A DNA stretch of 32,000 nt from Cereibacter sphaeroides 2.4.1 (GCF_000012905.2 NC_007493.2:1350001-1382000); one strand, 5' to 3'. Positions 1 to 10,175 are shown, numbered from the stretch's first letter. The notes: generated by a model from the letters alone, not told the origin. Made by a program: numbers and translations.

Positions 1-424
1 GCAGGCCGAGGAGCATCCCCACGGCCAGCGCGCAGAGCGTGGCGGCGGGGGCGATCGCCAGCACGCGCCGCGCGCCCACGACCATCCGGCTGAAGCAATC
101 CCGCGCGAGGCTGTCGCCGCCGAGGAGATAGACCGGATAGGCTGAGCCCCCCGCGGGGCTGCCTGGCATCGCGTTCTTCAGCCCCGACAGCTGCGCCAGC
201 GGATCGTGCGTGGCGATGAGGTCGGCAAAAAGCGCGGTCAGGACCCAGAAGAGGACGAGCGTCAGCCCAGCAAGGCCCGCGCCGCTCCCGAAGAGCCGGC
301 CCGCAGGCCCGAGCCGCGCCCGGGCGCGCCAGCCCAGACCCAGGATCAGCGCGAGCCCGGCCCAGACGGGCGCGAAGCGCAGGACCATCCGGCCGAGGAT
401 CTCGATCCAGCCCAACGCCTCCAT
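1..424 (-). CDS. ABC transporter permease, DppC/OppC-like (N-terminal part; the gene runs off the left edge)
   Basis: My own minus-strand translation from ATG 424..422 gives MEALGWIEILGRMVLRFAPVWAGLALILGLGW...LTLVLFWVLTALFADLIATHDPLAQL...GGDSLARDCFSRMVVGARRVLAIAPAATLCALAVGMLLGL. This is the typical N-terminus of the second permease of peptide/nickel ABC importers. The ATG overlaps the TGA of the upstream permease (ATGA). It is absent from the ORF track because there is no stop codon in the window. Confidence 0.75.
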   Translation of the reverse strand, partial: MEALGWIEILGRMVLRFAPVWAGLALILGLGWRARARLGPAGRLFGSGAGLAGLTLVLFWVLTALFADLIATHDPLAQLSGLKNAMPGSPAGGSAYPVYLLGGDSLARDCFSRMVVGARRVLAIAPAATLCALAVGMLLGL

Positions 425-1449
425 CAGCGCGCCCGCAGCCGGGGATTGAGCGCGCGATAGGCGAGGTCGGACAGGCCCTGCGTGACCAGCACCAGCGTCA
501 CCGCCACCGTGGCGCAGCCGAGGAGCAGATCTATGTCGTTGTTGCCCGCGGCCTGCACCAGCGTCCAGCCGAAGCCCTTGTAGGCAAAGAGCGTCTCAAC
601 GATCACGACCCCGTTCAGAAGCCATGGCAGCTGCAGCAGGATCACCGTCACCGGCGCCACCAGCGCATTGCGCAGCGCATGGACGAGCACGATCCGGCTC
701 TGGCTTGCGCCCTTCAGCCGGGCGGTGCGGACATAGGGCTGCGTCATCGCATCGGCCATGGCCGCGCGGGTGATGCGCGCGACATAACCCGTGCCGTAGA
801 GCGCCACCGTCACCACCGGCAGGGCGAAGTTCCAGAAGGTGATGCCGCTCATGGCGCCCGAGGCGGTGCCCTGAAATAGGGTGCGGTCCTCGATCCAGCC
901 CGCCTCGTGCAGAAGGGGCGACAGGCCGGCGGTGGCCGAGGCGAACAGCGCCACCAGGACCACCCCCGAGACATATTCCGGCGTGGCGGCGGTGAGGATC
1001 GTGGCCACCGAGATCGCGCGGTCGGTGCGCGAGCCTTCGCGCATCCCGGCCAGCACGCCGAGCGCCAGCGCCGTGGGCACCATCACGACCATGACCCAGA
1101 GCATGAGCCAGCCGGTCGCGGCGAGGCTGCGGGCCAGCACCTCTGCGACCGGCTGGCGGAAGACGGTGGACTGGCCCCAGTCGCCCTGCAGCACGCCGCA
1201 GCGGCCGCAGCGGGCCTTCGGCAGGAGGCCCAGCCACTCGCCGTAGAGCACCGGCACCGGCCGGTCGAATCCCGACCGCTCGAGCCAGCTCGCCACTTCG
1301 GCGTCGGACATGCGGGCCGACCCCTGAGACTTCGCCAGCTTCTCGAGGTTCGGCGGCAGATGGGTCAGCCAGAACACGAGAAGGCTCAGGCAGAGGGCCG
1401 TGGCCAGAAGCGCGCCCAGGCGGCGCAGGAGGATCGCCGTGACGCGCAA
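424..1449 (-). CDS. ABC transporter permease, DppB/OppB-like
   Basis: 341-aa track ORF with multiple hydrophobic TM segments. It has the conserved permease-loop region (...YVRTARLKGASQSRIVLVHALRNALVAPVTV...) typical of binding-protein-dependent family 5 permeases. TTG start lies 3 nt after the binding-protein stop. Confidence 0.85.
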   Translation of the reverse strand: MRVTAILLRRLGALLATALCLSLLVFWLTHLPPNLEKLAKSQGSARMSDAEVASWLERSGFDRPVPVLYGEWLGLLPKARCGRCGVLQGDWGQSTVFRQPVAEVLARSLAATGWLMLWVMVVMVPTALALGVLAGMREGSRTDRAISVATILTAATPEYVSGVVLVALFASATAGLSPLLHEAGWIEDRTLFQGTASGAMSGITFWNFALPVVTVALYGTGYVARITRAAMADAMTQPYVRTARLKGASQSRIVLVHALRNALVAPVTVILLQLPWLLNGVVIVETLFAYKGFGWTLVQAAGNNDIDLLLGCATVAVTLVLVTQGLSDLAYRALNPRLRAR

Positions 1450-1452
1450 GGG

Positions 1453-3082
1453 TCAGGCGTCGATCCACCATTTGTAATGATGATGCTCGAAGGTCGGATG
1501 GGCCTCGGCTCCTTTCACCTTGGGATCGACATGGCGGAAGATCGAGCGCCAGTAGGGCTGGATCAGCACGCCCTCCTCCTGCAGGATCCGCTCGAGATCG
1601 GCCATCAGCACCCGGCGGCGGTCCGGGTCGACGAGCGACATGGCCTCGTCAAGTTTTGCGTCGAACTCCTTGTTCGAGAAAGCGGATTCGTTCCACGGGA
1701 CGCCCGAGCGATAGGCGAGCGCCAGCACCTGCACGCCCAGCGGGCGCATGTTCCATTCCGTGGCCGAGAAGGGAAACTTCAGCCAGTCGTTCCAGTAGGT
1801 TGCGCCGGGAAGCACCGTGCGGCGGATGGCGATGCCGGCATCGCGCAGCTGTGCCGCCACCGCATCGCAGGAGGCCGCCTGCCAGGCATCGTCGAGCGAG
1901 ACGAGCTCGAACTCGTGCTCGGCCATGCCGGCCTCCTTCAGTTGCGCCAGCGCCGCGGCGCGGTCCACGGTCAGGGGCGGCAGCTCGGCATATTCGGGAT
2001 GGATCGGACAGACATGGTGGTTCTCGGCCACCCGCCCGTGCCCGGAATAGCCGAGCTCCAGCACCACCTCATTGTCGACCGCCATCTGCAGCGCGCGGCG
2101 GACGCGGACGTCCTTGTACTCCTCGGCCTGCTGGTTGAAACGGATGGCCAGCGTCGTGGCGGTGCGGGCCTCGGACTTGTCCCAGCCGAGCGAGTCGAGC
2201 ACCTCGATGAATTCGCCCACGCTCTGATAGGTCGCGTCGATCTCGCCCGACCCGGCGGCGGCCACCGCGGCAGAGGGATCGGAGCCGAAATCGAGATATT
2301 CGATCCGGTCGAGCCAGGGGCCGCCATAGACCTCCGTGCCCCACCAGGGATGGGCCTCATTGCGCACCAGCACCATGCGGATGCCGACCTCGATCGTTTC
2401 GGGAAGGTAGGGGCCGGTCCCCACCGGGTTGGCCGCAGGATCTCCGCCTACGTAGCTTTTGTGAACCACCGCAGCCGGATAGTCGGCGAGGTTCGCAATC
2501 AGCGCGATGTCGGGCTGCGAGAGTTTCAGCCGCAGGGTCGTATCGTCCACCAGCTCGATGGCGTCGGTGCGCAGCTTGCCCTCGGCCTGAAGGGCGGTCA
2601 TCTGCGCCGCCATGGCATTGCCCTCGACCGAGGCATCGCACCAGCGCTCGAAATTGTGGCGCACATCCTCGGCGGTGAAGGGATCGCCGTTCGACCATGT
2701 GACGCCGGGGCGGACCTTCAGCAGATATTCGGTCGCATCGTCGTTGGCTTCCCAACTTTCGAGAAGCATGGGCCGGAAGGTGCCGTCTGCCTCATACTCC
2801 ACGAGATATTCGAGCCAGCCGCGCGTGACGTTCGAGATCTGCGACCAGTCGGCGGTGCGCGGATCCTTCAGCGCGCGTCTCCATCTCCATCCGGAGCGTG
2901 CCGCCCTTGCGGGGTGTCTCCTGCGCGCGGACAGGCTGCGCGAGGCCCAGAAGCGCATAGGCCGCGCCCGCCGAGACACCGAGCGCCGTGGTCCGCGTCA
3001 GGAACTCGCGTCGGCTCATGCGGCCCCTCGCCACTTCGGTCCTGTGCATGAGCGCCGCGGTATGAAGTCGGTCGGTCGTCAT
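1453..3082 (-). pseudogene. ABC transporter substrate-binding protein (family 5, peptide/nickel type), reading frame interrupted near 2866-2881
   Basis: The C-terminal ~500 aa lie in ORF 1453..2979 ([42 protein letters not shown]...). The TAT-like signal and N-terminus ([49 protein letters not shown]) lie in a different frame (ORF 2792..3328). Candidate starts are ATG 3082 (GGAGAG 6 nt upstream) or ATG 3019. Confidence 0.6.
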
Positions 3083-3124
3083 GTCGCTCTCCGTGCTGGT
3101 GCGCCGCATCGTCCGGTTCCGCCC

Positions 3125-3153
3125 ATTGCGCCCGGATTTGTCGCGCGCGTCAA
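3125..3153 (-). promoter_or_regulatory. Candidate sigma70-type promoter for the ABC importer operon
   Basis: Minus strand reads TTGACG (3153..3148), a 17-nt spacer, then CGCAAT (3130..3125). It sits about 40 nt upstream of the 3082 start with its GGAGAG RBS. Confidence 0.3.
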
Positions 3154-3279
3154 CGCCTCCGGTGGCCGAGCGTTCCGCAAGCGGTGGCGATGGGCGGCGG
3201 GGACTGCGGGATGGATAGTCGATGCCGAGAACAGGCCTGTGTCCCGCCTCCGGTCGGCGATCCCGCCAGAGCGCGGGGC

Positions 3280-4266
3280 TCAGGGCAGGCGGATCTCGTG
3301 CCAGAGCCGCATACGGTTGCGGAACCACGTCCGCTGCCGTTTGGCATATTGGCGGCTGGCGAGCTTGGCGGCGGCGACGGCCTCGTCCAGCGGGATCTCG
3401 CCCCGCAGATGAGCCACGAGTTCCGGCGCGCCGATGGCGCGGGCGGAGGGAAGCGTGGGATCCCAGTCGGGAAGGGCCGCCCGCACCTCATCGAGCGCGC
3501 CATCGGCCATCATCAGGTCGAACCGGCTGTCGATCCGTTGTGCAAGCCAGGCGGGATCGGGGCGGATCACGAGCGCCGTTGCGTCGGACAGCGGCAGAAG
3601 CGGCGGCGCCGTCTCGGCCTGCCAGCGCGCGAGCCCGCGGCCGGTGGCGCGCAGCACCTCCCACGCGCGCTGGACTCGGGCGGGGTTCTGCAGGTCGATC
3701 CGCGCCGCGGTCTCGGCGTCGAGCTCCGCCACCATCCGCGCGAGACCTGCCTCTGCCAGTCGCGCGTCGGCCGCGGCGCGCACTTCCGGCGGCGTGTGAG
3801 GGATCTCGGCCAACCCCCCTGTCAGGGCGGAAAAATAGAGGCCCGTGCCCCCCACGATGACCGGGCGCAGGCCCTCGGCCAGAACCCCGGCCACTTCCTT
3901 CAGCCAATGGCCCGCGGAATAGGTCTGGCGCGCGCCTACATGGCCATAGAGCCGATGCGGCAGTGCCGCCTCCTCGGCGGCGCTCGGCCGGGCCGAGAGG
4001 AGGCGCCAGCAGTCATAGACCTGCAGCGCATCGGCATTGACCACGGCGCCGCCCCCGTCCTCGACGAGCCGCGCGGCGAGCGCAGATTTGCCTGAGGCGG
4101 TAGGACCGGCGATCAGGACGGGCCGGTCTGGCGGGATATCCGGTAGCTCAGACAAGGAGTTGCTCGGCACTGTGAAGGCAAAGGGCGAGGTCGGGGCCGG
4201 GCTTCGCTGGGGCTCTTCCGCCACCGGCGGCCGATCCCGGTTGAACCCGGGGTCGTTTTCCGACAT
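3280..4266 (-). CDS. miaA: tRNA dimethylallyltransferase
   Basis: P-loop [14 protein letters not shown], followed by [21 protein letters not shown] and [12 protein letters not shown], which are MiaA signatures. The N-terminal ~45 aa are unusual, so the true start may be internal (for example GTG 4170). Confidence 0.9.
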   Translation of the reverse strand: MSENDPGFNRDRPPVAEEPQRSPAPTSPFAFTVPSNSLSELPDIPPDRPVLIAGPTASGKSALAARLVEDGGGAVVNADALQVYDCWRLLSARPSAAEEAALPHRLYGHVGARQTYSAGHWLKEVAGVLAEGLRPVIVGGTGLYFSALTGGLAEIPHTPPEVRAAADARLAEAGLARMVAELDAETAARIDLQNPARVQRAWEVLRATGRGLARWQAETAPPLLPLSDATALVIRPDPAWLAQRIDSRFDLMMADGALDEVRAALPDWDPTLPSARAIGAPELVAHLRGEIPLDEAVAAAKLASRQYAKRQRTWFRNRMRLWHEIRLP

Positions 4267-4313
4267 TTTGCGCCGCAGTCAAATCCAATCAACAAGACGG
4301 ACGGGAAGATCCC

Positions 4314-5054
4314 ATGACCAGCGAAGCCGCGCCGGCGAGCACAGCCGTGACCTACAAGCGTGTGATGCTCAAGATTTCCGGCGAGGCCCTGATGGGCGAT
4401 CAGGGATACGGGCTGCATCCGCCGACCGTGCAGCGCATCGCGCGGGAAGTGCAGGCGGTGCACCGCCTCGGCGTCGAGATCTGCTTGGTGATCGGCGGCG
4501 GCAACATCTTCCGCGGCCTTCAGGGCTCGGCCCAGGGCATGGAGCGGACGACGGCCGACTACATGGGGATGCTCGCCACGGTGATGAACGCGCTCGCCAT
4601 GCAGGCGGCGCTGGAATCGCTCGGCATCTTCACCCGGGTCATCAGCGCGATCCCGATGGATCAGGTCTGCGAGCCTTACATCCGCCGGCGCGCGGTGCGT
4701 CACCTCGAGAAGAAACGGGTGTGTATCTTCGCCGCAGGGACCGGCAACCCCTACTTCACCACCGACACCGCAGCCACGCTGCGCGCCAACGAGATGGCCT
4801 GTCAGGCGATCTTCAAGGGCACCAAGGTGGACGGGGTCTACGACAAGGATCCGCGCAAGTTCGCCGATGCCAAGCGCTACGAGACCGTTTCCTACGATGA
4901 GTGCCTGCAGAAGCATCTGGGCGTCATGGATGCCTCGGCCATCGCGCTCGCCCGCGACAATGATCTGCCGATCATCGTCTTTTCGCTCGATGAGCCGGGT
5001 GGCTTCTGCGGGATCCTGCGCGGCGAGGGCACCTATACCCGCGTCCAGGGCTGA
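4314..5054 (+). CDS. pyrH: UMP kinase
   Basis: [15 protein letters not shown]...[10 protein letters not shown]...[14 protein letters not shown]...[16 protein letters not shown], the canonical PyrH motifs; 246 aa. Confidence 0.95.
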   Translation: MTSEAAPASTAVTYKRVMLKISGEALMGDQGYGLHPPTVQRIAREVQAVHRLGVEICLVIGGGNIFRGLQGSAQGMERTTADYMGMLATVMNALAMQAALESLGIFTRVISAIPMDQVCEPYIRRRAVRHLEKKRVCIFAAGTGNPYFTTDTAATLRANEMACQAIFKGTKVDGVYDKDPRKFADAKRYETVSYDECLQKHLGVMDASAIALARDNDLPIIVFSLDEPGGFCGILRGEGTYTRVQG

Positions 5055-5139
5055 GCCGTCCCCGAGCCTATACCAATGGCGGAGCGGTGCTGCTATAGAG
5101 CGGCAGAACCGCCTGCGCGGAACGTGAAGGAACCAGAAC

Positions 5140-5706
5140 ATGTCGCAAGATGATCTCGAGATCGACCTCGATGCGATCCAGCGCCGGATGGATGGCGCGA
5201 TGCATGCCCTGCGCACCGAGTTCGGCTCGCTGCGCACCGGGCGCGCCTCGGCCTCGATCCTCGAGCCGATCCATGTCGATGCCTACGGCCAGCAGACGCC
5301 GCTGAACCAGCTCGGCACGATCAACGTCCCCGAGCCGCGGATGGTCGTCATCAACGTCTGGGACAAGGGCATGATCTCGAAGGTCGAGCGCGCGATCCGC
5401 GACAGCGGCATCGGCATCAACCCGGTGGTGGACGGTCCGATCATCCGCCTGCCGATCCCCGAGCTGAACGAGGAGCGCCGCAAGGAGCTCTCGAAGGTCG
5501 CGGCCCATTATGCCGAACAGGCGCGTGTGGCGATCCGCAACGTGCGCCGCGACGGGATGGACCAGATCAAGAAGGCCAAGTCCGTCGGCATGGCCGAGGA
5601 CGACCAGAAGATGTGGTCGGACGAGGTGCAGGCCCTGACCGACAAGGCGATTGCCGCGGTCGACAAGGCTCTCGAGGAAAAACAGAAGGAAATCATGCAG
5701 GTCTGA
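5140..5706 (+). CDS. frr: Ribosome recycling factor
   Basis: 188 aa with [45 protein letters not shown] and [24 protein letters not shown] upstream. Confidence 0.95.
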   Translation: MSQDDLEIDLDAIQRRMDGAMHALRTEFGSLRTGRASASILEPIHVDAYGQQTPLNQLGTINVPEPRMVVINVWDKGMISKVERAIRDSGIGINPVVDGPIIRLPIPELNEERRKELSKVAAHYAEQARVAIRNVRRDGMDQIKKAKSVGMAEDDQKMWSDEVQALTDKAIAAVDKALEEKQKEIMQV

Positions 5707-5775
5707 GACGACCTGCGTGCGCCTTCTTCCGTCCGACCCAGCCCGCTTGACCAGCCCAGAGAAAAGGGGAATGCC

Positions 5776-6519
5776 TTGGCCGTGACCGAGCCTCGCGAGG
5801 CGGATCCTCCCCCGAGACGCGCAGATCATGTCGCCATCATCATGGATGGCAACGGACGCTGGGCGGTCGACCGCGGGTGGCCGCGGCTCGTCGGCCACCG
5901 CCGGGGCGCCGAGCGGGTGCGCGAGATCGTGCAGGCCTCGCCCGGCCTCGGCATCCGCTGGCTCACCGTCTATGCCTTCTCGACCGAGAACTGGAAGCGG
6001 TCGACCGAGGAGGTGCTGGGCCTCATGTCGATCTTCGCGCGCTACATCGAGCGCGAGGCCGACCGGCTGGCCAAGGAGGGCATCCGGATGCGCTTCATCG
6101 GCGACCGGACGCGGCTCGATCCCAAGCTCCAGCGGCTGATGGCCGGGATCGAGACCCGCACCCAATACAACCAGCGCCTCAACCTGACGGTGGCCATCAA
6201 CTACGGCGGCCGCGACGAGTTGGCGCGCGCCGCGCGGCGGATGTGTCAGGATGTGGCGGCGGGCCACCTTCGGGCCGAGGAGGCGGACGAGGCGGCGCTG
6301 GTGGCGCGGCTCGACACAGCCGGAATGCCCGACCCGGATCTGGTGATCCGCACCTCGGGCGAGACGCGGACCTCGAACTTCCTGTCCTGGCAGTCGGCCT
6401 ATGCCGAATACGAGTTCACGCCCACGCTCTGGCCGGACTTCACCGCCCGCGAGCTCGAGACGATCATCGGGCGCTTCGCCGCGCGCGAGCGGCGCTTCGG
6501 AGGAGTGTTGCGCGCATGA
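5776..6519 (+). CDS. uppS: Di-trans,poly-cis-undecaprenyl-diphosphate synthase
   Basis: HVAIIMDGNGRWA, TVYAFSTENWKR and IRTSGETRTSNFLSWQSAYAEYEF motifs. TTG start with AAGGGG 6 nt upstream. Confidence 0.93.
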   Translation: MAVTEPREADPPPRRADHVAIIMDGNGRWAVDRGWPRLVGHRRGAERVREIVQASPGLGIRWLTVYAFSTENWKRSTEEVLGLMSIFARYIEREADRLAKEGIRMRFIGDRTRLDPKLQRLMAGIETRTQYNQRLNLTVAINYGGRDELARAARRMCQDVAAGHLRAEEADEAALVARLDTAGMPDPDLVIRTSGETRTSNFLSWQSAYAEYEFTPTLWPDFTARELETIIGRFAARERRFGGVLRA

Positions 6520-7337
6520 GCAAGTCCGGGAAGCCGAAGGGGCGCTGGGGCGACCTGCGCCGCCGGATGATCTCGGCCGCGATCATGCTGTCGGTGGGGG
6601 CCATCGAGGTCTGGCTGGGCGGCGTGCCCTTCGCGCTTCTCGTGATCGGGCTTACGGGTCTCATGCTGTGGGAACTGGCGCGCATGACCGCGCCGCAGCG
6701 GACCCTTCCGAACATCCTCGTGGGCCTTCTCGCCTCGGCCATCCTGATGGGCGTGCTGAGCTTCGTCTTCCGGGAGGAGATGATGCTGGCGCTCGCGGCC
6801 CTCGTGCTGGCGCCCGCGGCGGGACTTCTGGGCCCGCGCCGCGACCGGCGGATCTTCTTCACCTACGGCACCGCGCTGATGGTGGCGGGCGCAGGCCTCG
6901 TCATGCTGCGCGAGGAGGGCGGGTCGGTCGCGATCCTGTGGCTCATCCTCGTGGTCGTCACTTCGGACGTGATGGGCTATTTTGCCGGCCGCAGCCTCGG
7001 CGGCCCCAAGTTCTGGCCCGCGGTCAGCCCCAACAAGACCTGGTCCGGCACGATCGCGGGCTGGCTGGGTGCGGCAATTGTGGGTCTTGGATTCTCCATT
7101 GCGGCGGGTGCAGGCTGGGGCCTCATCATCCTGTCGCCCGTGATCGCGCTGGCAGGACAACTCGGGGACATTGTCGAGAGCTGGATCAAGCGGCGTTCCG
7201 GGGTCAAGGACAGCTCCTCGCTGATCCCGGGCCATGGCGGCGTGCTGGACCGGTTCGACGCGCTGACCGGGGCGGTGCTCGCCGTGCTCGTTCTGGGGAT
7301 GCTCGGTGACCTTCCGCTGCCGGCTATGGGGAACTGA
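6516..7337 (+). CDS. cdsA: Phosphatidate cytidylyltransferase
   Basis: In-frame ATG at 6516 overlaps the uppS TGA (ATGA). The protein is polytopic and carries the CdsA C-terminal signature SWIKRRSGVKDSSSLIPGHGGVLDRFDAL. The upstream part of track ORF 5877..7337 is out-of-frame read-through of uppS. Confidence 0.9.
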   Translation: MSKSGKPKGRWGDLRRRMISAAIMLSVGAIEVWLGGVPFALLVIGLTGLMLWELARMTAPQRTLPNILVGLLASAILMGVLSFVFREEMMLALAALVLAPAAGLLGPRRDRRIFFTYGTALMVAGAGLVMLREEGGSVAILWLILVVVTSDVMGYFAGRSLGGPKFWPAVSPNKTWSGTIAGWLGAAIVGLGFSIAAGAGWGLIILSPVIALAGQLGDIVESWIKRRSGVKDSSSLIPGHGGVLDRFDALTGAVLAVLVLGMLGDLPLPAMGN

Positions 7338-7345
7338 AGAGCATC

Positions 7346-8530
7346 ATGCGCAGCCTGTCGATCTTTGGGGCCACCGGCTCCATCGGCGAATCCACCTTCG
7401 ACCTCGTCATGCGGAAGGGCGGGCCCGAGGCGTTCCGCACCGTCGCTCTGACCGGCGGGCGCAACATCCGGCGGCTCGCCGAAATGGCGCGCGCGCTGAA
7501 GGCGGAGCTTGCCGTCACCGCGCATGAGGATTGCCTGCCCGCGCTGCGCGAGGCGCTGGCCGGGACGGGCACCGAGGTCGCGGGCGGGGCGCAGGCCATC
7601 GCCGAGGCCGCCGACCGGCCCGCCGACTGGACCATGTCGGCCATCGTGGGCGCCGCGGGCCTCGTGCCCGGAATGCGGGCGCTGAAGCACGGCCGCACGC
7701 TGGCGCTCGCCAACAAGGAAAGCCTCGTGACGGCAGGGCAGCTCCTGATGCGGACGGCCCGGGAGAACGGCGCCACGATCCTGCCGGTGGACAGCGAGCA
7801 CTCCGCGGTCTTTCAGGCGCTGGCGGGCGAGGACACGGCCTGCGTCGAGCGCGTCATCATCACGGCGTCCGGCGGGCCGTTCCGCGACTGGAGCCTCGAG
7901 CGCATCCGCGCCTGCACCGTGGCCGAGGCGCAGGCCCATCCCAACTGGTCCATGGGCCAGCGCATCTCCATCGACAGCGCCTCGATGTTCAACAAGGCGC
8001 TCGAGCTGATCGAGACGCGCGAATTCTTCGGCTTCGAGCCGGACCGGATCGAGGCGGTCGTTCATCCGCAATCCATCGTTCATGCCATGGTGGGCTTCTG
8101 CGACGGCGGCCTGATGGCCCATCTCGGGCCGGCCGACATGCGCCACGCCATCGGATTCGCGCTGAACTGGCCGGGTCGCGGCGAGGTGCCCGTCGCCCGG
8201 ATCGACCTCGCACAGATTGCGAGCCTCACCTTCCAGAGGCCTGACGAGGAACGCTTTCCTGCCCTGAGGCTTGCGCGAGACGTCATGGCGGCGCGCGGCC
8301 TGTCGGGCGCCGCCTTCAACGCGGCCAAGGAGATCGCGCTCGATCATTTCATCGCCGGTCGCATCGGGTTTCTGGACATGGCGGCGGTGGTCGAGGAGAC
8401 GCTCGCGGGCGTTTCGACCGATCCGCTGTTCGGAAAAGTGCCCGACGCCCTTGAGGAAGTGCTGGCCATGGACCATCTCGCTCGGAGAGCGGCAGAGGAA
8501 GCCGCCGGTCTCCGCCAGCAGAAAAGGTAG
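7346..8530 (+). CDS. dxr: 1-deoxy-D-xylulose 5-phosphate reductoisomerase
   Basis: MRSLSIFGATGSIGEST..., LANKESLV, PVDSEHSAVFQ and NWSMGQRISIDSASMFNKALE are classical Dxr motifs. Confidence 0.95.
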   Translation: MRSLSIFGATGSIGESTFDLVMRKGGPEAFRTVALTGGRNIRRLAEMARALKAELAVTAHEDCLPALREALAGTGTEVAGGAQAIAEAADRPADWTMSAIVGAAGLVPGMRALKHGRTLALANKESLVTAGQLLMRTARENGATILPVDSEHSAVFQALAGEDTACVERVIITASGGPFRDWSLERIRACTVAEAQAHPNWSMGQRISIDSASMFNKALELIETREFFGFEPDRIEAVVHPQSIVHAMVGFCDGGLMAHLGPADMRHAIGFALNWPGRGEVPVARIDLAQIASLTFQRPDEERFPALRLARDVMAARGLSGAAFNAAKEIALDHFIAGRIGFLDMAAVVEETLAGVSTDPLFGKVPDALEEVLAMDHLARRAAEEAAGLRQQKR

Positions 8531-8536
8531 CAGCCC

Positions 8537-9871
8537 TTGGACATTGTCAGTCTCGTTCCCCAGTTCGGCGGGGTCATCTGGACTATTCTCGCATTCGTCG
8601 TCGCTCTTTCCATCGTCGTGGCCGTCCATGAATACGGCCATTACATCGTGGGCCGCTGGAGCGGCATCCATGCCGAGGTCTTCTCGCTCGGCATGGGGCC
8701 AGTGATCGCCTCGCGGGTGGATCGGCGCGGCACGCGCTGGCAGCTCGCGGCCTTTCCCGTCGGGGGCTATGTGCGCTTTCTCGGGGATGCCGATGCGGCC
8801 TCGAGCCGCGCGAGCGTGAGCGTGCACAAGCTGAACGAGCAGGAGCGCGGCCGCACGATGCACGGCGCGCCGCTCTGGGCGCGGGCGGCCACGGTCGCGG
8901 CCGGACCTCTCTTCAACTTCGCGCTGTCGATCCTCGTCTTCTGCGCCTTCTTCATGGTCAAGGGCGTGGCGACCGAGCTGCCCGTGGTGGGAGAGGTGAA
9001 GTCCTTGCCCGAGGCGTCGCAGTCGCTCGAGGAGGGCGACCGGATCCTCGCCATCGACGGGCAGGAAACGCCCACGCTTTCCGATTTCGTGCAAGTGGCC
9101 AACGAGTTGCCGCCCGCGCCGACGGCCGCCTACCGGATCGAGCGCGACGGCGCCGAGATGGATGTGACCGCGCCCTATCCCTTCCCGCCGGTGGTTGATG
9201 CGGTGCAGGCGCCCTCGGGCGCCCACGAGGCGGGGATCGAGGCGGGCGATGTGGTGCTGGCGGTGAACGGTGCCCCCATCGCCTCGTTCCGCGAACTGCG
9301 CGACGCGGTGGGCCTGTCGAACGGCGATCCGCTGACCATGACCGTCTGGCGCGCGGGCGAAACCTACGAGGCCTCGCTCACCCCGCGGCGGATGGACATT
9401 CCCCTGCCCACCGGCGGCTTCGAAACCCGCTGGCTGATCGGCCTGTCGGGCGGCCTCCTGTTCGAGCCCGAGACCCGCACGCCGGGGCCGCTCGAGGCGA
9501 TCTGGCTCGGCATCCAGCAGACCATCACCATCATCACCACGAGCCTCTCGGGCCTCTGGCACATGGTGACGGGCGCGATCTCCTCCTGCAACCTGCAGGG
9601 GCCCCTCGGCATCGCCGAGATATCCGGGGCGGCGGCCTCGCAAGGGGCCGGCAACTTCATCTGGTTCATCGCCATGCTCTCCACCGCGGTGGGCCTCATG
9701 AACCTCTTCCCGGTTCCGATCCTCGACGGTGGCCATCTGGTGTTTCACGCCTACGAGGCGGTGGCGGGCAAGCCGCCGAGCGACCGGGTGCTGCGCGTCC
9801 TGATGACCGGGGGCCTTGCCGTCCTCCTTTCGCTCATGGTCTTCGCCGTCACCAACGACCTCTTCTGCTGA
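8537..9871 (+). CDS. rseP: RIP (site-2) zinc metalloprotease RseP, M50 family
   Basis: HEYGHY zinc motif in the first TM region, PDZ-like central region, and C-terminal NLFPVPILDGGHL motif. TTG is the only available start codon. Confidence 0.9.
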   Translation: MDIVSLVPQFGGVIWTILAFVVALSIVVAVHEYGHYIVGRWSGIHAEVFSLGMGPVIASRVDRRGTRWQLAAFPVGGYVRFLGDADAASSRASVSVHKLNEQERGRTMHGAPLWARAATVAAGPLFNFALSILVFCAFFMVKGVATELPVVGEVKSLPEASQSLEEGDRILAIDGQETPTLSDFVQVANELPPAPTAAYRIERDGAEMDVTAPYPFPPVVDAVQAPSGAHEAGIEAGDVVLAVNGAPIASFRELRDAVGLSNGDPLTMTVWRAGETYEASLTPRRMDIPLPTGGFETRWLIGLSGGLLFEPETRTPGPLEAIWLGIQQTITIITTSLSGLWHMVTGAISSCNLQGPLGIAEISGAAASQGAGNFIWFIAMLSTAVGLMNLFPVPILDGGHLVFHAYEAVAGKPPSDRVLRVLMTGGLAVLLSLMVFAVTNDLFC

Positions 9872-9876
9872 GCGCA

Positions 9877-9898
9877 GGCCGCCCCATTGGGGGCGGCC
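9877..9898 (+). terminator. GC-rich stem-loop immediately after rseP (terminator-like, no U-tract)
   Basis: ggccgcccc (9877-9885) / attg loop / ggggcggcc (9890-9898). This is a 9-bp perfect stem starting 6 nt after the rseP stop. Confidence 0.4.
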
Positions 9899-10037
9899 AC
9901 CGCGCGCCCACGCGGAATCGGGAGACGCGCGCGAGGGCGCCCGCGGATCCGCCCCACTCAGGCCACAATCCTCTGCCACGCCCCGGGCGGCGGCCCCCCC
10001 CTGACCTCGGCCGCGGAAGCGCGTGAGGGACTTGCGG

Positions 10038-10175
10038 ATGAAAAGCGTGATCGACGGCACGCGGGGCCTTCTCTACCTCGTCAATCTCAATCGCGATCTC
10101 CTTCTGTCGCTGGGCTCCGTGGCCCTCGCGCTGGCTCTGGCCGGGCTCATCGCAGCGGCTCCGCACCTCTGGTGA
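10038..10175 (+). CDS. Candidate small membrane protein (45 aa), hypothetical
   Basis: Not in the ORF track because it is under 60 aa. ATG 10038 is preceded by GAGGGA at a 7-nt spacing. It translates to MKSVIDGTRGLLYLVNLNRDLLLSLGSVALALALAGLIAAAPHLW, which has one C-terminal hydrophobic helix. Third-codon positions are mostly G/C, like neighbouring genes. A palindrome follows directly after the TGA. Confidence 0.4.
   Translation: MKSVIDGTRGLLYLVNLNRDLLLSLGSVALALALAGLIAAAPHLW

Noticed and set aside
907-3051. 714-aa plus-strand ORF across the ABC permease and binding-protein genes
   Set aside because: It is antisense to clearly recognisable transporter genes, and its composition (Arg/Gly/His-rich) is not protein-like.
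4113-6267. Minus-strand ORFs 4113..5237 and 5068..6267 antisense to pyrH, frr and uppS
   Set aside because: They overlap highly conserved housekeeping genes in antisense. They have no domains, and this is typical GC-rich frame openness.
5877-6515. N-terminal extensions of track ORFs (5877..7337, and likewise 12059..13360, 14336..15517, 19307..20098, 22291..24909, 24833..26389, 26606..28381, and 21077..22957 on the minus strand)
   Set aside because: The upstream parts run out of frame through the preceding gene or through antisense sequence and are Arg/Pro/Gly-rich. In each case an internal ATG with overlap coupling or an RBS gives a product that starts where the protein family normally starts.
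6977-10060. 1027-aa minus-strand ORF spanning cdsA, dxr and rseP
   Set aside because: It is antisense to three genes with unmistakable family motifs. The product is Arg/Gly/Ala/Pro/His-rich low complexity with no recognisable domain. Long stop-free antisense frames are expected in very GC-rich DNA.
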